A DNA stretch of 64,000 nt from Amoebidium appalachense (taxonomy: Eukaryota > Protista > Ichthyosporea): assembly GCA_963693365.1 (NCBI GenBank), contig CAVNZM010000003.1, forward strand, positions 14,925,143-14,989,142, given 5' to 3'. Shown here piece by piece: positions 15,323 through 41,196 of the stretch. Position 1 is the stretch's first letter. Each line of letters opens with the position of its first letter. A program made the position numbers and the translations under genes. The notes under the pieces were generated by a model. It was not told the origin of the DNA, searched no databases, and saw only the letters and a list, made by a program, of their open reading frames with translations.

Positions 15323-16867
15323 TTAAGCCGCCGGTGCCGTGGCTGCGACGGGAGCAGAAGAAGCAGGCTGGGTAGCCGCCACCGTTGGAGAACCTGCAGC
15401 CGTTTGTGCTGCATTACCGGGAATGAAATTCCCAGCCTCAAGCACGGTGTTGAGTTTGGGGTCACATTTCATGTCGTTGAATGGTCTGGGTGCCCCCTTG
15501 GCCGGTGCACATTGTGTGCTGACCGGCGCACCGTTTGCACCCGAAAATGGAACCTGGGCAACCCACTCTGCTAGATTGATGTCTTTCCCGTCTACTTTAA
15601 TGGTTGTGTTGAAGAAAATGTCGTACGGGGTGAAGCAGTGCTGATCGCCGTTAAGAAGGTATGTTGCAAACATGGCGGGATTGACGTCCTGAACGTAGCC
15701 GCTGAACAAACCGACGGTGTGTTTGTAAAAATTCTTCGGGCTGAGATGTTTCATTTTGGGCGCGCTGGCACATGCGCACTTGGGTCCCTTGCGACACTGG
15801 TTTACGTTCTTTGACGAAAATGATAGAGCAGTGTAGAAGGCACGTTGTACAATGTCCGCTTTCGATTCGATGGCGAGCCATGGGGTGTCCGGGGTGATAG
15901 AGTGTTGGTATTCGACCAACTCACACCACCAAAGCGTACCGTTTACGAGTTTATCGCGCATCTCCTGTGTGAAAAGACCCTGAATTTCCGGAGCCAGGTT
16001 GAAATCCGTGAGCAGAGATGTTTGGCTGGGAGGGAAAATTCCGGCGTAGCTGTCCGGAATAACAGCGGTAGCGACAGTGGGGTTGTTTTCGCGGTAGCGT
16101 TTGACGATGTATGGCGCCCAAAGCTGGGTGCCCATGGATCCGGCGGAGCACCCCATAATGATGAGAGTTTTGGGGTTGGGGATATTCGTCAGGGCCCATT
16201 TGAGTGCAGACATTGTGTTGTTTCCCCCACGCTGGTACTTGACGACATTGGTGGCGTTGTTTTTCCCCATGGTGTAGTTGCGAACGGTGTTACCAGCGTG
16301 TGCGTCGCCCGAGCAGTAGCTGATAGAAATGATGGTGTAGTTCTGATATGGGTTTCCGGGGTGTGATTGGTTAAAGATACCCTTGTTTCCATACACTAGA
16401 CCTGGCGACGTGGTGGTGGTGAGTTTATTCCCCAATGCGTTGCAGCTGCCCAGACCATCCGGTTTGTTGTTCCAACATGCGCCTCCCCCCTGGAAATAAA
16501 GGAGGAGGTTGTCCGTGCTTCCTTTAATCACCTGAAACACGAATGGGGTGGACTGGTTAAGGCATCCTGTACCCTCCCCTCCTTGTATGTTTGCAATGTT
16601 TCCCGTTAGAGAGCTGAGTGCACATTTGTTTGCGTCAGTGTTAAGGTCACACTGGGAGAGGGTAGGGAGAACGGGCTCTGGTGGATTGGTAACATTAGCA
16701 GGTGGGGCTTGTGGGGGCCCAGAGGTTATGTTTTTGAGAGCGGCAGCTATGGCTGTCAACGCAGACTCGATTTCTTTCTTTTCATCTTCGGATTGTTCTG
16801 CTCTCACAGGGGAAAAAATATAAAGAAAGGCCCCCAGAGCGACCAGGAGAAATAGTGGTAGTTTCAT
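15323..16867 (-). CDS. secreted pectinacetylesterase / Notum family (CE13) alpha/beta-hydrolase, intronless
   Basis: 514-aa ORF with signal peptide MKLPLFLLVALGAFLYIFSPVRA. Family motifs are LLYFQGGGACW, SYCSGDAHAG, nucleophile elbow GCSAGS, IPDSYAG and late DQHC. It ends in an Ala/Pro/Thr-rich tail. Confidence 0.9.
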   Translation of the reverse strand: MKLPLFLLVALGAFLYIFSPVRAEQSEDEKKEIESALTAIAAALKNITSGPPQAPPANVTNPPEPVLPTLSQCDLNTDANKCALSSLTGNIANIQGGEGTGCLNQSTPFVFQVIKGSTDNLLLYFQGGGACWNNKPDGLGSCNALGNKLTTTTSPGLVYGNKGIFNQSHPGNPYQNYTIISISYCSGDAHAGNTVRNYTMGKNNATNVVKYQRGGNNTMSALKWALTNIPNPKTLIIMGCSAGSMGTQLWAPYIVKRYRENNPTVATAVIPDSYAGIFPPSQTSLLTDFNLAPEIQGLFTQEMRDKLVNGTLWWCELVEYQHSITPDTPWLAIESKADIVQRAFYTALSFSSKNVNQCRKGPKCACASAPKMKHLSPKNFYKHTVGLFSGYVQDVNPAMFATYLLNGDQHCFTPYDIFFNTTIKVDGKDINLAEWVAQVPFSGANGAPVSTQCAPAKGAPRPFNDMKCDPKLNTVLEAGNFIPGNAAQTAAGSPTVAATQPASSAPVAATAPAA

Positions 16868-16920
16868 CGTGCCTGTGGTTCCTCACTCCTACTTATCGAC
16901 ATGCACAGAAGTTTTCAAAC

Positions 16921-17007
16921 GGTATTTCTATCGTGTAGTAAGGGAAAAGACGTGTATATTTCAAAGGGTATTTCTATCGTGACGTAGTGAGGGAAAAGAC
17001 ATGTATA
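16921..17007. repeat. two-copy ~46-bp tandem duplication just upstream of the esterase start
   Basis: GGTATTTCTATCGTG(AC)GTAGTRAGGGAAAAGACRTGTATA occurs twice. Confidence 0.8.
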
Positions 17008-17319
17008 GGAAGTAAAGTAGCTCGTCAATATGGCCCAAGGTGGCGCGTTTTATGTGAGTGGGAGTGACCGTCATAGTACTGTTAGTTGACACAACCAGGA
17101 TGCGTGACGGGCCGATGGGTCCGAAGCGGAGGCGCACTAAATTTGTCCAATCACCGGGTGACTCGAATGTACAGCTGGAATGCGCTACATTTACTCAGAA
17201 CTCATTGATTGGTTACAGTTTACTGAATAAATCTATTTTCAACCGTATATGGCTATTTTTAGGGTAAACAGTATGACCCACTTCTGGGAATTCGAACTGC
17301 CAGCTCATCATGAGCACTG

Positions 17320-17771
17320 CAGGGGTGTGGCGGAGCCTTCATGACTTGACTTGACTTATATTTATTATTGGCAGCTGGTGCTTGTGACTTGACTTGACTT
17401 GGAGTCGCGACTTGAGACCCTATGACTCAAGTCGCGACTTCAGGTGACTTGTTACTATTTTTAGTGCATTTTGGCCCGGGGGCGGCCCGAGGGGCGGGGA
17501 GGGGGTGCCGGGAGAGGGGGGGGGGGGGGGGGGGGGAGGAGGAGAGGGCGGGCCGCCTCCGGAGTGCTCCGGGCCCTCAGTCCCTTCGAGTTTCCCCCCC
17601 TACATACCCGACCAACCCCCCCTCCCTCCCCCCCCCCCCCCCTGGCCTCCGAACCGGATCAACCGAGTCCCCCTCCTCCCCCAAGTCACCTCCAAGTCAC
17701 GCCTGATGGCCTGACTTCACGAGCTTTCGTGACTTCAAGTCGCGACTCGGAGTCAAGTCGCCACTCCCCTG
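17320..17771. mobile_element. hAT-like non-autonomous DNA transposon (MITE)
   Basis: TIRs CAGGGGTGTGGCG / CGCCACTCCCCTG. GACTTGA subterminal repeats lie on the left and CAAGTC on the right, with AAGTCGCGACTT palindromes. The TSD is imperfect (TGAGCA on both sides). Confidence 0.75.
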
Positions 17772-20504
17772 CTGAGCAGCCAGTCACCAGAGTGGCAGGC
17801 GTGAACGAACTCTCACGGGCGGCAGAGCTCACACAACAGACAGAAGTCACTGAGGCGTTACCACCCAGGAGCAAAATACCTCCACGCGTGCATCCTTGCT
17901 TAGAGGTGCTGACATGGGATGCAAAGGCCCATGAGGCATGGGTGCCGACAACCAAGCACACAGCCACAGTGCACACACAAGGGCACAATTGGGAAAGGCA
18001 CGTCAATACAATCCGATGACACAATTGGTCAGATCCATTAGCTATAGGGCCTGTGGTCTGGCCTCGCACTTCAAGTTGTAGCAACCGTAAATCCTGTTTC
18101 TCGCCTGCATGGTCCTGAGCATGGCAAGTTTGTGCTAGAAAATGCTTCTACACTAGTGCTAAGACCTGTATTTATACATGCCACACAAAATTCTGAGACC
18201 TGTGTTTATACATGCCACACACACAAAGTGACGTTTAACAAACCAACAGAAAAAGGAGCATATGCAGTTGGTACACACAAACAGAGGCCATAACTTAGTG
18301 TGTGTGGACCTTGTGATCATGAAACGGGAATGGCCCAAATAAATGTACACGCTAGCAGAAGCACACACAAGCAGCGGTACGAACGAGAACAACGCACGGC
18401 AGATGTGCAATATACTGGATAGCCTGCAAAAAAAATGGTCTACATCATCTGCATGGGCTCAGAATAACATGTGCCGCAGCTCTTATTATTCAGACGTGCA
18501 GTGCTTAGAAAGGTATGACCAACCCTGCTTTCGGAACGCAAGTATGCAATCTATACAGAAAAACCATTTCACTGCGTAAGGTTTCTTGTTGTCGGTTTGT
18601 GGATGCTGCGAATGTTCCGTTGGCTGTGCTAAGAAACTATGGAAGTGGCAATACCTTCACCTTCGCACCATTAAGCCATTTTTTCACTTACCCTACAAGC
18701 CAACCATTCCTAAAGCACGAGGGTATTGCAGCCAACACTTGGTGTTGAATGTTTTCTCTTGCTCTCTCTGTCTCGAAGCCTGCCGGCGTTCTGTGCAGGG
18801 GCCGTTCAGATTTTGTTTTCTTTCCGCCTAGCTAATGAGAAAATGAACCATTTTTCCATTGATTGCAACGCCAATCATAACTTCATGCTTTTTTCCCTCC
18901 ACGACATACATACGGTTGTTCGTTTTCCCTTGTGCCTTGGGCCTTAGCCTCGTTCACTCCACCATGTGAAAAGGAGCGTTTTATCTATAAGGTATTTTTA
19001 TTACGGAAGTGCTACAAAAAATACACAGTGACTACAGCACGGTATCAGTACAGCACTCATGCTCCGTTGTGCACCCACTCGAACCTTTTTGTAACTTGAA
19101 AGAACTGTGCACAGAACACGTGTTCAATGGAGATGATAGGCGGTGCATTTTCAACCAATCAAACTACACGGGAGATGAATATTCATTATGATGTCACCAG
19201 TTTATTCACTTCTAAATATCAAATGGTATGCTTGTTTCGTAGACAGTTCACTTGCTATGACAAAAAGATTAACATTGCAATATCAATATATGTGTTTATA
19301 TTAATTGATATAATACAGGAAATGTAAGGAAAACCATTCAGGGGCGGCCTGATTGGTTTCCCTTATGTCTTTAGCGTCCAATCATTTCGATGTATTTGTT
19401 GCTTTTTCTAGATTATCACCTCAGGACCCCAAGCATTCGGCATTAGAGCGAGCACCATAAATTAGATATGATTGGTGCAATAATTCACCAGAAACTAGTT
19501 GTAGATTATTGATTAATGTCTTGATGTTATGAAGGTTTTAAATAGAGAAAAGATGATCAATATTTTACGAATATGTATCTCGCTTAAGTTTGCCCTCCCT
19601 GTCAGGATTCCTAGACGTTCACTATATGAGAGAAGGAAAGGTAATTGTAGTAACGTGTCGCTGATTTTACCTCGTGAAGTCATTCGTCATTTATCAGTTA
19701 TTGTAATAGGCAAATTGATAAGATTCAAATCTAATTGGCCACAGGGCAAACTGATCAACAAACGCTTGAGCCACCTTTACTCACTGACAAACATAATACT
19801 GAGGCCTCAACAAACCAAGAGCTATACACAGAACACCAGTTTGATGAATCTATTACAAGAAAAGCTCTATTTTACGCACTTCCCTTTGCTAGTATTCCTG
19901 TATGTACACGTGTGACAGAGTGACTTCCATGATCCACCTGCACTGCTCCCCCGTGCACCGGAACCTCGGGAGCCACGGTAACATTCTTTTGCATTCCAAT
20001 CCATCTGTCATCCAATCATATCGTAGGCCTTGTATGCCCTGGAAATTCCTCTGACTACACACTGTTGTACACAGCCGCACACCGTTTCGTGCTGTAGCCT
20101 GTAGTTGCTCGACCGTTGCGTGAGGCTGTGTGGAGGCTAAGCAAGAAAAGTTTTTTCTTTTCAGTGTTTTTCCCCCAACCCAAGTACCCCTTGTGTATTT
20201 TATATGTAGTCAGGGTCCTAAAAAGATGATAATTTTTGATAGAGAAGTTGGAAAAACGAGAGCATAGTCGCGTGGACAGATGCACGACTGAATGCGTAAT
20301 AGCCGTTTCAACATAAAGGCTTGCATAAACCAATTCTGAAGTTCGGGGACTTGCAAATTATCTCGTCGTGAACTAATATTAGCCAGCTTTCGCCGCTTGC
20401 ATGCGCCAGCTAAATTGTCATAAAAGTAGTAAGACAAGCAGGTAGCTCTAGGTAACGTGGCCAGCATACACGACGCTTTCTCCAGCCCTAACACGAACCT
20501 TTCC

Positions 20505-28022
<7,518 letters not shown>

Positions 28023-30562
28023 GTGAGTGGAAACAGGTGGAAGGTTTGCGCGCGCGCGCGCGCGTGTGCGTGCGTGCGTGCGTGCGTGTTTGTGTGTGCG
28101 TGTGTGTGTGTGTCTGTCACTCTGTGTGTCTACGTGTGTGGGAAACGGTGTGGGGGGAGGTGGGGGTATGTGTGGGGGTGTTTGTTTGGGCGGAGGAGGG
28201 GGGAGAGAGGGGGGGGGGGGGGGGGGGGGGGGGGGCTTCTTGTGGGTATGGAAAGTGTTGGGAGGGAAGGTTTGCAAGAAGTAGCTGATGATAGCTCACT
28301 GTTGTAGAATGGAAGAGTACAGCCTGAATTCGATTTGGTAGACCTACACTCAATATACCTGGTTTCTGGGGACTAACTAGAACTGGGATATGTATGTATT
28401 TCTATTGATATATACGCCTAAGAGATGACTGGAAGAATATAGCGATCTTTAGCATTCACAACAGTTTATACTGGTTAGTTTCTATATTTTTGACATGCTT
28501 CTTTGTCTTTAAATTGAACAATAGAAATGTTAGCGAGTGTATCTCGCACAGGTTAGGAAGATTTTCTATAAGGCATATAAGTGCATGCTCTGTCTGGAAG
28601 CTTAGTGTTAGATATACGGTGGATATACGGAATTTCTGTTTCGATACATTAGTGTGAGTTAACGAATAGAAGCGAGGCCCGGTGCCCAATCTAGCCCACT
28701 GCTGGTATATCCAAGACAGTGAGATAACATATTTAGACGAAAGACGAAGTTGCCTTATTTAGATGTGTTCGTTCTTAGCTGGTTCAGCGGTTCATACTGT
28801 AGACAATCAAAAATAATGTATGTCGGCGCTTTGCAGTGGTATTGGGCTGCAAAAATGAAATAAATTGAAAACCGTTTTGCTTGTGCGAGATCATGTGGGA
28901 TATACAAGGATATCTGCCCCCCCCAAATCACTTAATCGCAAAGATTCTGCCCCCCCCCCCCCCCCAACCGATGCCAAGGCCTGGGCTGCCTTTGCGTCCT
29001 TATCTGCTCCTTAAGGTGAAAGGGTTCATTTTGAAATTTCACTATGTAATTGTTCAAATTTCATATGTAGAATTATCGGCCCCCACTGAGTATCGGGAGT
29101 TAGGGAGTATGGGGGATTACGATCTGCCGTTATGCACATGCATGGTTCATGGCCGCACTCAATTTGATTGGTGGAGATATCACGGACCAATAGTCTCATA
29201 TACCATATATGGTATATGAGGAAATTTAGTTTTGAACCCTTTCTCCTTAACCAACCCTGCTCGTCTTTGCCCATGATGGGATGATTCGCTTATTGCTGTT
29301 CGAATAAAGGTTGTGTTGGGGACCACAAGCAAGAGGTTAGAGAGTCGTAACCCATTAGATTTTTTTGTGGAGGCCTAGCAGGACCATCCCATCAGGGCAT
29401 ATGCATTGATATTCGATGTACATGTCACATTCAAAGTTCAAATTCGTGTTTTGTCCTTTGGTGTCTCCTTACTTCCAAATCTCTAAAGCATACAATGTCG
29501 TCATCAAACCCCCCCCTTCCCCCCCCTCCCCATCCCCGTCCCCCCCCCCCCCCCCCCCCTCCCTTTCCCCCATGATAACACACAATCGAACACTCAATAA
29601 CTTCCGCACCATTGCAGCTGACTGCAGGTGACTCTGTGGATAGCCACTCACTGTACTTTGCAATTGCACACCGGATGCATATGTGTGCAGTCGCCCGGTC
29701 GTCGACGGGTTTATGCCTTTCGCTCTATTATGCTGGGGTCTATTGAGCTGGGGGCCTGCCAGCTGGTGTCTAAAATCTAGACTCTAGAAACTCTCTCAGA
29801 TGGGTCTGGGTGCAGCGGGCGCCAAATGAAGCTGGGGTCTAAAAGCTTAGTGTCTGAACCCCCTACAACTTACAGTATTTTTAGTGCGACTGGTACCAGC
29901 ACACTACAAAATAAGGCATGGTTTGATTATTGACGAAACTTAGCTGGCGCCCCTGATGTGTACGTACATGCTGATTTGTGTTGGGTCCCCGCTTCCCTCC
30001 AAGGCCTCCCCCTCCCCCTCCCCTGCCTCTCCCCCTCCCCCACCCCCCTCTGTCTCCCACTGCAGTGCCTCTGCTGGCGTTTATTAATAATTAATAGGAA
30101 CAACAGAAAGAGATAGCATTATGCGCGCATGCTTGAAATTGAGCAGGAAGCACGCTTTCAGTTGTGCTATTGAAAGCAGCAGGATAATTTTGGATGTTAT
30201 GGAAGGTAGCGATTAGGAGTTAGTAGGAAGAAAGCAACGTTGTTGTACAATTATTCAAGTGTTTTTTGGAGTAGGTCAATACGGTCACAGCATAAGCAGT
30301 AGTTTAAGAGTTCACGCGCTATATTATTTTGTTCTGCTCACGAGCCGATGAATGAATGACTGGAAAAGTTTCTCATAAGCACTGCCACTGCACCATTGAA
30401 CGTCAAATTGTGGTTAGGAATGCAAGGGGCATGTCTGATGCAGGAATTGTTCAGTGAGTGTCAGAGTACGTGTGAAAGCAAGCTGAGTTTTGTTTTATTT
30501 CCGTTTCTCTCTTCGTGACAAAAAAATGCCTGCAGCTGTGAAAATAAAAGGTGAAGTCTGTG

Positions 30563-33460
<2,898 letters not shown>

Positions 33461-33710
33461 CATGGGCAATAGGGGCTGCCCCACAAGAAAAGTTGCAGAT
33501 TCTGAAGAATCCAGCCATTGAATTCGAATAATTTCCATGAGGTATGCTGCTCATGTCATCGAGTATACAACTCATATACACTCACTTGGTGATGAGCTAG
33601 CGCTTGGCGTTATTAGTTGGGTCGTTCTTTACGTAATAACCCCCCCCCCCCCCCCCCCCCCCCCCCTCCCTCCCCTCCCTCCCTCCCCCCTCCCTCCCAC
33701 CCACCCATCC

Positions 33711-33748
<38 letters not shown>

Positions 33749-34009
33749 GTTCACCCCAAAAAACACCGTACCGGGTCTCATGCATATGTTGCTGCAGGTG
33801 TGTCTCAATAGTTTGAAATCCTTGCAGAAATATAAATATTCTCAAATTTTTTAACTCAAAGAGTTTAAAAAGAAACATTAATTTAACTTCACCCCCTCCT
33901 TCCTCCCCCCCCCCCCCCCCCCCCCCCCTCCCCCTCCCCCCCCCGGGCCCCCTCCCCAACCTCTCCCACACGCAGACACACACACACAAAAATACACACA
34001 CGAAGTCAT

Positions 34010-35530
<1,521 letters not shown>

Positions 35531-35667
35531 GCATAGCAACTGTTACAGTCTTGGGCTGGGAAGTTGGAGTAAATGAATAGCTTGCCGCATGTCCAGGATA
35601 TAAATGTATATCTTTACATGATAAATCCATACATTATGATTGTGTCCTCCCTCCCCCAATCTCCGTA

Positions 35668-35707
<40 letters not shown>

Positions 35708-36033
35708 CCCGTCGCTGCCGCCGCCGGAATCTACTGTGGCCAGGCACCCACACCCACACATACACGGATACACTCGCTCGCACAAACGTGTACCGTAACG
35801 CACACACACAATGCACACACACGTGCTCCGGCACAAACACGCACGCATACACACACCGCACGCATGAATGCACACACACATACACAAACCGTGATGATAA
35901 AATGTGTGACGTACACACATCATGTCATAGTACACATCCACCATACCATGATACACATCATCATCAAACACACACCACACACCGGCACGCACACGCCGTG
36001 ACATACACACACATACGCACATACGCGCGCGCG

Positions 36034-36085
<52 letters not shown>

Positions 36086-36152
36086 CACGCACACACGCAC
36101 ACACACACACACGCACACACACACACACGCACGCACACACACACACACACGC

Positions 36153-36196
<44 letters not shown>

Positions 36197-36242
36197 ACAC
36201 GTGCACACAGACACACGCGTGCGCACACACACACACACACGT

Positions 36243-36292
<50 letters not shown>

Positions 36293-36930
36293 ACACACAC
36301 ACACACACACGTGTACACACACACACAATCCCTCCCCCCACCCCCCCCCTCCCCCCTCCTCCCCCTCTCTCCGCCAGGCGAAGTTACCCATAGCATATAT
36401 TTCAACTGCTAAACTGTTATAATGATAAACTATCTTAGTGGGTATCCCACCTTAACCCTAGCTCAACCTTGGTCAGGATATAATGTCAACCCCGGGTCAG
36501 TGGCAGGTGTGACTTAGAGGGGGGAGGGGGAGGGGGGTGGACGTAGATGTGTGCGTGTCTGCATGCGCATGTGGGCGTGGCTGCATGTGTTGGTGTGCGT
36601 GTACATCATGCAGATATGGGGGAAGGGGTAGGGGGGAGGGGTTTCGTAGAGATAGAGAAGGTTTTTAGGAAATGGCGATATAGTGTCATATACCACCACC
36701 ACCACCACCACCACCACCAGTCACCACCACCCATAGCCCCCCACAAAGCATGCATGGTGTTTCTGTGTCATGCTTTCAACAGACTAGCAAATGCATGATC
36801 AGACACCCACACACAGCACACACACACACACACGCACAGATGTACACACACACAACACACACAACACACACACACACACACACACATGCTCTGAGAGAGA
36901 GGGAGAGAGAGAGAGGGGGGGGGGGGGGGG

Positions 36931-37052
<122 letters not shown>

Positions 37053-37055
37053 TAG

Positions 37056-37094
<39 letters not shown>

Positions 37095-37133
37095 TCACTT
37101 CGGACCCGGACTCTCACACACATCGTGACACAT

Positions 37134-37169
<36 letters not shown>

Positions 37170-38129
37170 CACTCAAGACACACACATGTACACGCACACG
37201 TGCACCCACGTGTCCCTGGGCCATGTTACCGTCTTCTTGTATTTTTGTCCCACAATCGAACGTCCAAAAGGTTGTGCATCAGTTCAGGTGAGAGTGCGGG
37301 TGTCTTGGTGGGCAGCCACCCACTCTTGGAAATTTCGTGCACGATTTGAGCACCGTTCGTTGTCTGACAACGTGCCAGGGAACAATGCCATGGCCGTTGT
37401 GAAGGCTGCCCATACAAACATTGCGGAAGAACCCAGCTACAACCACACGGATGATGTTTCTAATTATCCGCCCATTGAAAATTTATGCCTAAGGCTTTCG
37501 TTCATAATATGGGATGTTCTTTATTAATTCTCTGGAAGGACTGCGGGTGTCACTGCAGCGCTAGGATGCGCCACATTACTATTACTACGTATAGTACCCC
37601 TCGAGGACCCCCCCCCCCCCCCCCCCCCCCCCCCCCATAATGAATTTGAACTTGAACAGGAAAATAAAAGGAGAATACAACAGCACTATGCGAATCTGCT
37701 TTATGTGCAACGGGGGACATAAATCTATATGGCATGGCACTCGTGTCAAATTTTACACACCCTGGATCATGCCAGCAGTGACTGCGATGCAACTGGCCGG
37801 CAGCCACCCCACTCCATCCCTCCGTGCACAGCTGTAGGTGTAGCAAGTGCCTGCTGGCAGGCTCGTTGCCTTAAAGATTTCGGCTGCCCTAGCACAGGCA
37901 ATGCAAAATACTAATGAAACAAATCACCCTGCATGATCGTGATGGCATCTTGTGACACACACATATTCGACACTTGTTTTTACAGGCAGGCCAGTGCTAT
38001 ATTTCCGTGGCACCGAACCGTTTATCAAAGCCACACTGATGCATGGGCATGTTCAAGCAAAAAAAAAAAAACAGCCTAAAATGATACATAGTATTGACAT
38101 CATATCTTCACCCCCCTCCCCTCCCAGCC

Positions 38130-38163
<34 letters not shown>

Positions 38164-38490
38164 CCCCCCCTCCCCCCACCCCCTCCCCCCCCCCCCCCCC
38201 CCCCTCCCCCCCCTCCCCCCGGCCCCCCAAAGAAAAAAGAAAAAAGAAAAAAGAAAGAAAGAAAGAAAAAAGACTGAAAGAAATATGTACGAAGGAAACA
38301 AACAAACAAACAAACAAACAAACAAACAAGCAAACAAAGTAAACGAAAAGAAGCGGAGAGAGCTAGAGCGACCGCAAAGGCAAAAGAGGGAGAGGGAAAG
38401 GTAATGAGGAGGGAGGGGAGGTGTGTGAGGAGGGAGTAGATGGGGGGGGGGGGGGGGGGGGGGGGGGAGGGAAGGGGGGAGGGGGGGGGG

Positions 38491-38613
<123 letters not shown>

Positions 38614-38829
38614 GGGAGAGAAGGAGAGGGGGGGGGGGGGGAGGGGAGGGGGGAGGGGGGAGGGGGGGAAAGCGAGAGAAAGGGAGAGACGGGGGAGTGC
38701 GAGGGGGGCAGGAGTGAGAGACAGAGAGAGAGAGAAAGAGAAAGGGAAGGCTCTCCAACTCCTGAAACATTCACCCGTATTATGTGGACATGTAGAAGTG
38801 AAATCATATTGTGATTCGGTGGGGCTTAT

Positions 38830-39389
38830 GCTGAAATGTTTAATTGCTTAAGCTTCGTCGGATATCCAGTGCGATATACTAAAGGCAAAATTTTAACAGT
38901 AGGACTTCTGAATTTATAAAAGCAGCTTCGTATACAGCAGACAACAATCGCAAAATTGTTAGCCATGTAAGACTTAGTAAAGAGAACGTCAAAGATGGTC
39001 TTCACACATGACATCAAGCACATTTCATTTCTGCATAACATTTAATGAACCAGAGACTGCTAGTGACTTGTTGGACAGCCACCCACTGCACTTTGAACTA
39101 CCTTGCACTCAGTATGTGCAGGCAACAAGCTGGCGGCTGAAACCCGGTCTACATGTGCCATCTTGAAAGGGCTGCCCCGCAAGAATTGCAGAAGATTCCA
39201 GGCAGAACAAACAAAAATAACATGACATATGTAAGATGATCGAGGCATCGAATCATGCAGAAATGAAATGCAGAAGATTCCGGGCAGAACAAAGTTAACA
39301 CTTCGTATGTAAGCTGATGAAGGCATCGAATCATGCAGAAATGAAATGTGCTTGATGTCATGTGCAATTAAGCAATTAAACATTTCAGC
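38830..39389. mobile_element. 560-bp inverted-repeat-bounded element (MITE/Pack-type)
   Basis: Perfect 22-bp IR at 38830-38851 / 39368-39389 and perfect 32-bp IR at 39005-39036 / 39333-39364. It carries an internal ~80-bp tandem duplication and has no clear TSD. Confidence 0.6.
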
Positions 39390-39648
39390 GACTAACTTAT
39401 GGCAACTGTACTACGTATTCGTTCTGAGCCCTATCATGCGCCCTGGCTGATGCCCCGATATAGATATGGTTCGTTTTACCAAAAAAATAAAAGAAAAGTC
39501 ACTTAACGGGACCTGCGCGAGAGTACTTTACCTCCCCCCCCCAACCACCCCCAACCCCCCCCCCTCCCCCTCCCCCCCCACACACACACACACGCACACA
39601 CACACAATGTATCGTCTTTTAGACTTGGTACTATTTTTACGGGGGGAA

Positions 39649-39686
<38 letters not shown>

Positions 39687-39696
39687 GGGATCGAGA

Positions 39697-39727
<31 letters not shown>

Positions 39728-39817
39728 TCGGGGAGAGAAAAGGGAAAGGGGGAGAGGTATCGAGAGAGAGAGGTAAAATGGGGGAGAGATATCGAGAGAG
39801 ATGTCGAGAGAGATATC

Positions 39818-39849
<32 letters not shown>

Positions 39850-39982
39850 TAGATGGAGAGAAAAAGAGCGAGAGAAAGAGAGAGAGAGCCACGGCCCCGG
39901 GGGGGTGGGGGTGGGGGGGGGGGGGGGGGGGGGGGAGAGAGAGAGAGAGAGAGAGCGAGCGTGTGTGAGGGAGAGAGAGACA

Positions 39983-40099
<117 letters not shown>

Positions 40100-40253
40100 G
40101 GAGGGAGAGAGCTTGTGTGAGGAAGACAGAGAGGGAGAGAGGGGAAGAGCGAGAAAGAGCTGTTTGGGGGGGGGGGGAGAGAGAGGAAGGAAGAGAGAGA
40201 GATAGCAAGAGAGACAGAGGGAGAGAGGGGGGGGGGGGGGGGGGGGGGGGGGG

Positions 40254-40292
<39 letters not shown>

Positions 40293-41196
40293 TAAAACCC
40301 GGGGAAGAAATGGGAGGGGGGGAGGGGGAGAGGGGAGGGAGGGAATTTAGCTCTCAAAGTAGTTCAACCAAGTCCAACCATGCTTGTCCAGTTAGTTGTA
40401 TGTCCCTCTTAGACTACTTAGTAGAGTAAAAGCAGACAAAGACACTCAACAGCTAAGCTGCCGGATTGAATGCCACGAATGACAGACACACGTGCCCAAA
40501 CACGCACACAAACTGTCACACGTACACATGTCACGCGCAGTGACACACATACACAAGTGCACATGCACACGCAAACACGCGGCCGTGCCACATATGTCAT
40601 GTATATATAAACACACAGACACACAGCACACAAACCTATAAGCAATATGTAGTGCGTTATTAGCCCAAGCCGAACAGTGACATCATGCGCAAACCGTTGG
40701 CTTAGGCTGACCCGCCTTTTTCTTGAGAAACCTCGGGTGGGAGATGACTTGCAGTACTGACTTTCGTTTCTTCGCGATCGGACACTGACGCGTGTCGTGG
40801 CCCCGATCCAGTGCTACATTCCTCAGGTTAAAAAGCAACATTCCAATTTCTCAATCTCTAGCCAACCAAATCGTCGGGCTATTCTCGGAAACTTCGACGG
40901 GAAATGACGGAGCACAGAGGTTTCATGTTGTCGAATTAACAACTTGAGGAGAGAGACACACTTTGTAATTTTGTTATGTATAAGTAAGTTGTTGCATTTT
41001 TCCACGTGTGCACATAAAATCACCTCACATGAGCAATATCGAAGCTGCTGAGCAGGCAGCTAGTCTGAGCTCCTCAAGGCTCAAGCATTTGTTATCGTTA
41101 TTTTTATTGCTGTTATGCGTTCCGGATTCTTCCACATTTCGCCAGTGCCATATGGAATAAACGTTTAGTCTAATATGGTCTCGTGTTTGAAATTAT

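Noticed and set aside
17286-17300. B-box-like GGAATTCGAAC words (also 9858) as tRNA or SINE
   Set aside because: There is no A-box spacing or cloverleaf, and no tRNA or rRNA genes were recognised in the window.
29618-29746. Candidate terminal exon of the KIAA0513-PDZ gene
   Set aside because: It is phase-compatible but has no homology support, so it was left out of the model.
39314-39346. CTGATGA...GAAA hammerhead candidate (similar case at 20998)
   Set aside because: Stem II closure, the GAAA box or the stem I/III pairing is missing.
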